A stretch of DNA of 64,000 nucleotides from an uncultured Clostridia bacterium (GTDB taxonomy: Bacteria > Bacillota > Clostridia > TANB77 > CAG-508). This document shows, in pieces, positions 61,801-64,000 of this stretch. A program made the translations under genes and the position numbers. Under the pieces are notes generated by a model that saw only the letters and a program-made list of their open reading frames with translations, did not search any database and was not told where the DNA came from. Where the stretch lies: NCBI GenBank assembly GCA_947631915.1, contig CANRNC010000008.1:3305-67304 (forward strand), in the 5' to 3' direction. Within the stretch, counting starts at the first letter, position 1, and every line of letters starts with the position of its first letter.

Positions 61801-63188
61801 GTATGCAAAAAAGACTTTCAAATAAAAACGAAACTGAATCCTTAAAAGGTAATTATGGAATTAATAAAATTCCTTTTACAAAAGAAATGAGAAAAGATTA
61901 TACAATTTTAATACCACAAATGTCTCCTATTCATTTTGAATTTATAGAATCTGCTGTTGCTTCTTGTGGTTATAATGTAAAATTATTAAGAGAATGTACT
62001 CCAAACACTGTTGAAACAGGTCTAAAATATGTGAATAACGATGCTTGTTATCCTTCAATTCTAACCACAGGTCAAATGATTGAAGCATTACAATCAGGAG
62101 AATATGACTTAAATAAAACAGCATTGGTTATGTCACAAACTGGAGGTGGATGTAGAGCTACGAACTATATTGGATTTATTAGAAAAGCCCTAAAAGATGC
62201 TGGTTTTTCTCAAATCCCTGTAATATCTTTTAATTTTGTTGGCATGGAAAAAAATCCTGGATTTAAAATTTCACCTGAAATGATGGAAAAACTTTTAAAA
62301 TCCATTGTATATGGAGATTTATTACAAAAAATGCTTACAAAAAATAGAGCTTATGAGATAAATAAAGGTGAAACCCAAAAACTTTATGATGTCTGGATAG
62401 AAAAATGCAAAACTATTTTAACAAAACCTGGCACAAAAGCATTCAAGCAAAGTATCTATGATATAGTAAATGATTTTGAAAAAATCGAGCTAGATACATC
62501 TATTAAAAAACCAAAAGTAGGTATAGTAGGTGAAGTTTTGATAAAGTATCATCCTTTTGGAAATAACTTTGTAGCTAATGTTTTAGAAAAAGAAGGTGCA
62601 GAAGTAGTTCTTCCTGACTTTATGGGATTTATAAAATTTATAGCTACACACAAAATTACATTTAATCAACTTTTAAAGACTGATAGAGCAAAAGCAACAA
62701 TATTTAAATTAGCTATAAAATTAATGGATATATTCGAAAAAGATGTAAGAATTGCACTTTCTAAATCTAAAAAAGGATATATGCAACCATGCAACATTTG
62801 GGAATTAGAAGAAAAAGTAAAATCCGTATTATCTATTGGAAATCAAACTGGAGAAGGTTGGTTCTTGACTGCTGAAATGATAGAATATATTGAACATGGA
62901 ATACCTAATATAATATGTGTTCAACCATTTGCATGTTTACCAAATCATGTAGTAGGTAAAGGCGTTATAAAAACTATTAGAGAAAAATATCCTAATGCTA
63001 ACATATCTCCTGTTGATTATGATCCAGGTGCTAGTGAAGCAAATCAAACAAATAGAATTAAATTATTAATGACAGTTGCAAAAGATAATTTGAAAAAATC
63101 TGAAAAAGAATTAAATGCGATAAAGCAGGAAAATTCAATTGAGTTCGAAAAAGACCATAATAATTTTAAAGAATCAAAATTAAAATAA
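58848..63188 (+). CDS. acyl-CoA dehydratase activase-related fusion protein (two BadF/BadG/BcrA/BcrD-type ATPase domains plus HgdB/DUF2229-like C-terminal region)
   Basis: 1446 aa. Two repeats of HVGLDVGSTTVK / FIGIDAGSTTTK ASKHA-fold N-termini. CxxC clusters near residue 600. The long C-terminal region is typical of the 1400-aa clostridial proteins of this family. Confidence 0.85.
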   Translation: MENSNTLHVGLDVGSTTVKVAVLDEELDTIYTAYERHFSDTKNTICNLLEVLVEKYPNNDFTISLTGSGAMSAATFLDLPFIQEVVACKRSVEKYIPETDVVIELGGEDAKIIYFGKSVEQRMNGTCAGGTGAFIDQMASLLHTDTEGLNKLAKNYKTIYPIASRCGVFAKTDIQPLINEGAAKEDISASIFQAVVNQTISGLACGRPIRGHVAFLGGPLNYLSELRQRFIETLGLTNETTIIPEDAHLLVAKGAALDSVNSSSVSIEKLKSKIEVLKVSHDDTSKPLKPLFSIDAEYDEFQKRHAKDKVKRKSLENFRGDCFIGIDAGSTTTKLVVIDRDSNLLYSLYRNNEGDPLKSVIAMLKETYSVLPKEANLRFSGVTGYGEKLIQTALNVDLNEIETIAHHRAACEFMPDVTSIVDIGGQDMKYIKMKNGVIDNIMLNEACSSGCGSFIETFAKSLNLSIHDFVEAALESRTPVDLGSRCTVFMNSKIKQAQKEGYSVGDISAGLSYSVIKNAIQKVMKVRDPKTLGDHIIVQGGTFLNDAVLRAFELIVGKEVVRPDISGLMGAYGIALLAKEQYEANFDMEYMSTLTSLKDLDKLNIQINHTRCNGCENHCLLTINKFNNNKRYISGNRCEKGAGIVSSNSKLPNLMKYKNERLFAYEPLSEDKAFRGTIGIPRVLNMYEDYPFWFTFLTHLGFRVILSEKSTRKTYEKGMESMPSESVCYPAKLSHGHIKSLIDSGIKTIFYPCIPYSRKEYSKADNHYNCPIVISYSEVIKNNVEELKDIKYLNPFLPFDSKNLVNRMLELDEFKEYKFTRKELCEAVELAENEYQRFKHDVQSKGQEALKYMEEHNLKGIVLSGRPYHVDPEINHGIDTLITGLGLCVLTEDSISNLTEAKRPLRVVDQWVYHARLYAAADFVGKHDNLELVQLNSFGCGVDAVTTDQVEEILSSYEKMYTLIKIDEVNNLGAVRIRIRSLLASMQKRLSNKNETESLKGNYGINKIPFTKEMRKDYTILIPQMSPIHFEFIESAVASCGYNVKLLRECTPNTVETGLKYVNNDACYPSILTTGQMIEALQSGEYDLNKTALVMSQTGGGCRATNYIGFIRKALKDAGFSQIPVISFNFVGMEKNPGFKISPEMMEKLLKSIVYGDLLQKMLTKNRAYEINKGETQKLYDVWIEKCKTILTKPGTKAFKQSIYDIVNDFEKIELDTSIKKPKVGIVGEVLIKYHPFGNNFVANVLEKEGAEVVLPDFMGFIKFIATHKITFNQLLKTDRAKATIFKLAIKLMDIFEKDVRIALSKSKKGYMQPCNIWELEEKVKSVLSIGNQTGEGWFLTAEMIEYIEHGIPNIICVQPFACLPNHVVGKGVIKTIREKYPNANISPVDYDPGASEANQTNRIKLLMTVAKDNLKKSEKELNAIKQENSIEFEKDHNNFKESKLK

Positions 63189-63269
63189 ATTTTATGATAG
63201 AAAAATGTTTATAGGGGTACTTTGATTGTACCTCTTTTTTCTTTAATCTTGTCATAATTTTTCTTTAAG

Positions 63270-63686
63270 TTATCCACATAGTTATCCACATTTTTTATTT
63301 TTTTAGTTTAAATTCTATTCTCACTTTTGATATTGTTTTTATTTAATTTTTTACGTTTTTTTTTAGTTGTTTTGTCTTTTATGTACAGGATTTTGAGTTG
63401 ATTTTTTTATATACTTTTATACTATTTTTCATATTATATTTTTTTCAACAAATTTGTTGACAACTCATTGTGATTAGGGGTTTTCGAGGTTTCTCTTTTT
63501 CCATATTTTTTTAAATTTTTTTCCATATTCCTTTTTAATTTTTTCACATTTTTTTCAACTTATTTTATATTCAAATACTGATATTTATTTATCTTTAATT
63601 TTGCCTTTTTGTTAATACTTTTTCATGCGTTTTTTATGTTTTTTTTTACAGATTTTATCCACATTTATCCCTAGGGTTATGTGGAT
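63270..63686. promoter_or_regulatory. cluster of DnaA boxes in an AT-rich non-coding region (candidate oriC segment or DnaA-regulated promoter)
   Basis: Perfect TTATCCACA at 63270..63278, 63282..63290 and 63655..63663. Inverted near-box TGTGGAT at 63680..63686. No ORF in the last 800 nt. Confidence 0.5.
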
Positions 63687-64000
63687 TTTTATTTTTTATA
63701 TTTCATTTCTGTAAAGTCTTTTTTTACATTACACAATTGTATTATTCATAAAATTTGGAATCCAAAACATCTTGCACTTACATATACATTTTTAATTCTT
63801 CTATGTTAATTTTTATATATTCATCTTTCTACAAAATTTTCTAATGCCTAAATTCTCATTTCATTTTCTATATTCTATTTTTTAGTTTCGTTTTTCAAAA
63901 AAAATTTCTTATATTTCACTTTTATTTTTTGATTCTAATTTTTTATTTTCTCTTTTGAATTTTTAGTATCGTTTTTTATTAAAAAATTTTTTATCCTTTT

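Noticed and set aside
63190-64000. Calling this region oriC outright
   Set aside because: No dnaA, dnaN or rpmH is visible in the window and the upstream gene is not the canonical neighbour. Reported only as a DnaA-box cluster.

Overview
This window is from a low-GC, Clostridium-like Firmicute (about 25-28% GC), with sporulation-associated genes (spmA/spmB, ricT, a GerMN lipoprotein, abrB, SCIFF). Core content, in order: an apparently unpaired MazF-family toxin gene (no antitoxin ORF adjacent), dusB, rodA, minE and minD with no adjacent minC, a four-subunit 2-oxoacid:ferredoxin oxidoreductase operon, ferredoxin, ricT, holB, signal peptidase I, desulfoferrodoxin, the pyrimidine genes pyrC-pyrF-pyrK-pyrD, an HD-GYP protein, an ABC-F ATPase, a GH25/LysM lysozyme, cvpA, an ABC-2/GldG-like exporter, tRNA-Arg, dapB, rsmI, a TrmN6-like methyltransferase, and a 1446-aa double acyl-CoA-dehydratase activase fusion. 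The accessory content is concentrated in five places.

1. Three giant surface proteins. One is a roughly 2190-aa protein with a glycine-rich N-terminal domain and CnaB-type repeats. The other two are tandem paralogous thioester-domain (TED) adhesins. All three carry an unusual C-terminal IKTG-plus-transmembrane sorting signal and share a conserved bipartite upstream promoter module.
2. A small islet beside tRNA-Gly and tRNA-Cys. It is bounded by a duplicated tRNA-Gly 3' end and by full and remnant copies of an ORF6N-domain gene, and it carries a GC-elevated radical SAM enzyme next to a PnuC-like transporter.
3. A SCIFF six-cysteine peptide precursor gene (scfA) with no adjacent maturase, beside two small Cys-rich ORFs, one of them strikingly GC-rich.
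4. Families of GC-rich perfect palindromes.
5. A cluster of perfect DnaA boxes at the window end.

An important caveat: at least six genes, including the essential holB, carry single-base frameshifts. By eye, each matches a spurious C immediately 5' of GG(A/T). This looks like a systematic sequencing or assembly artefact rather than pseudogenisation.
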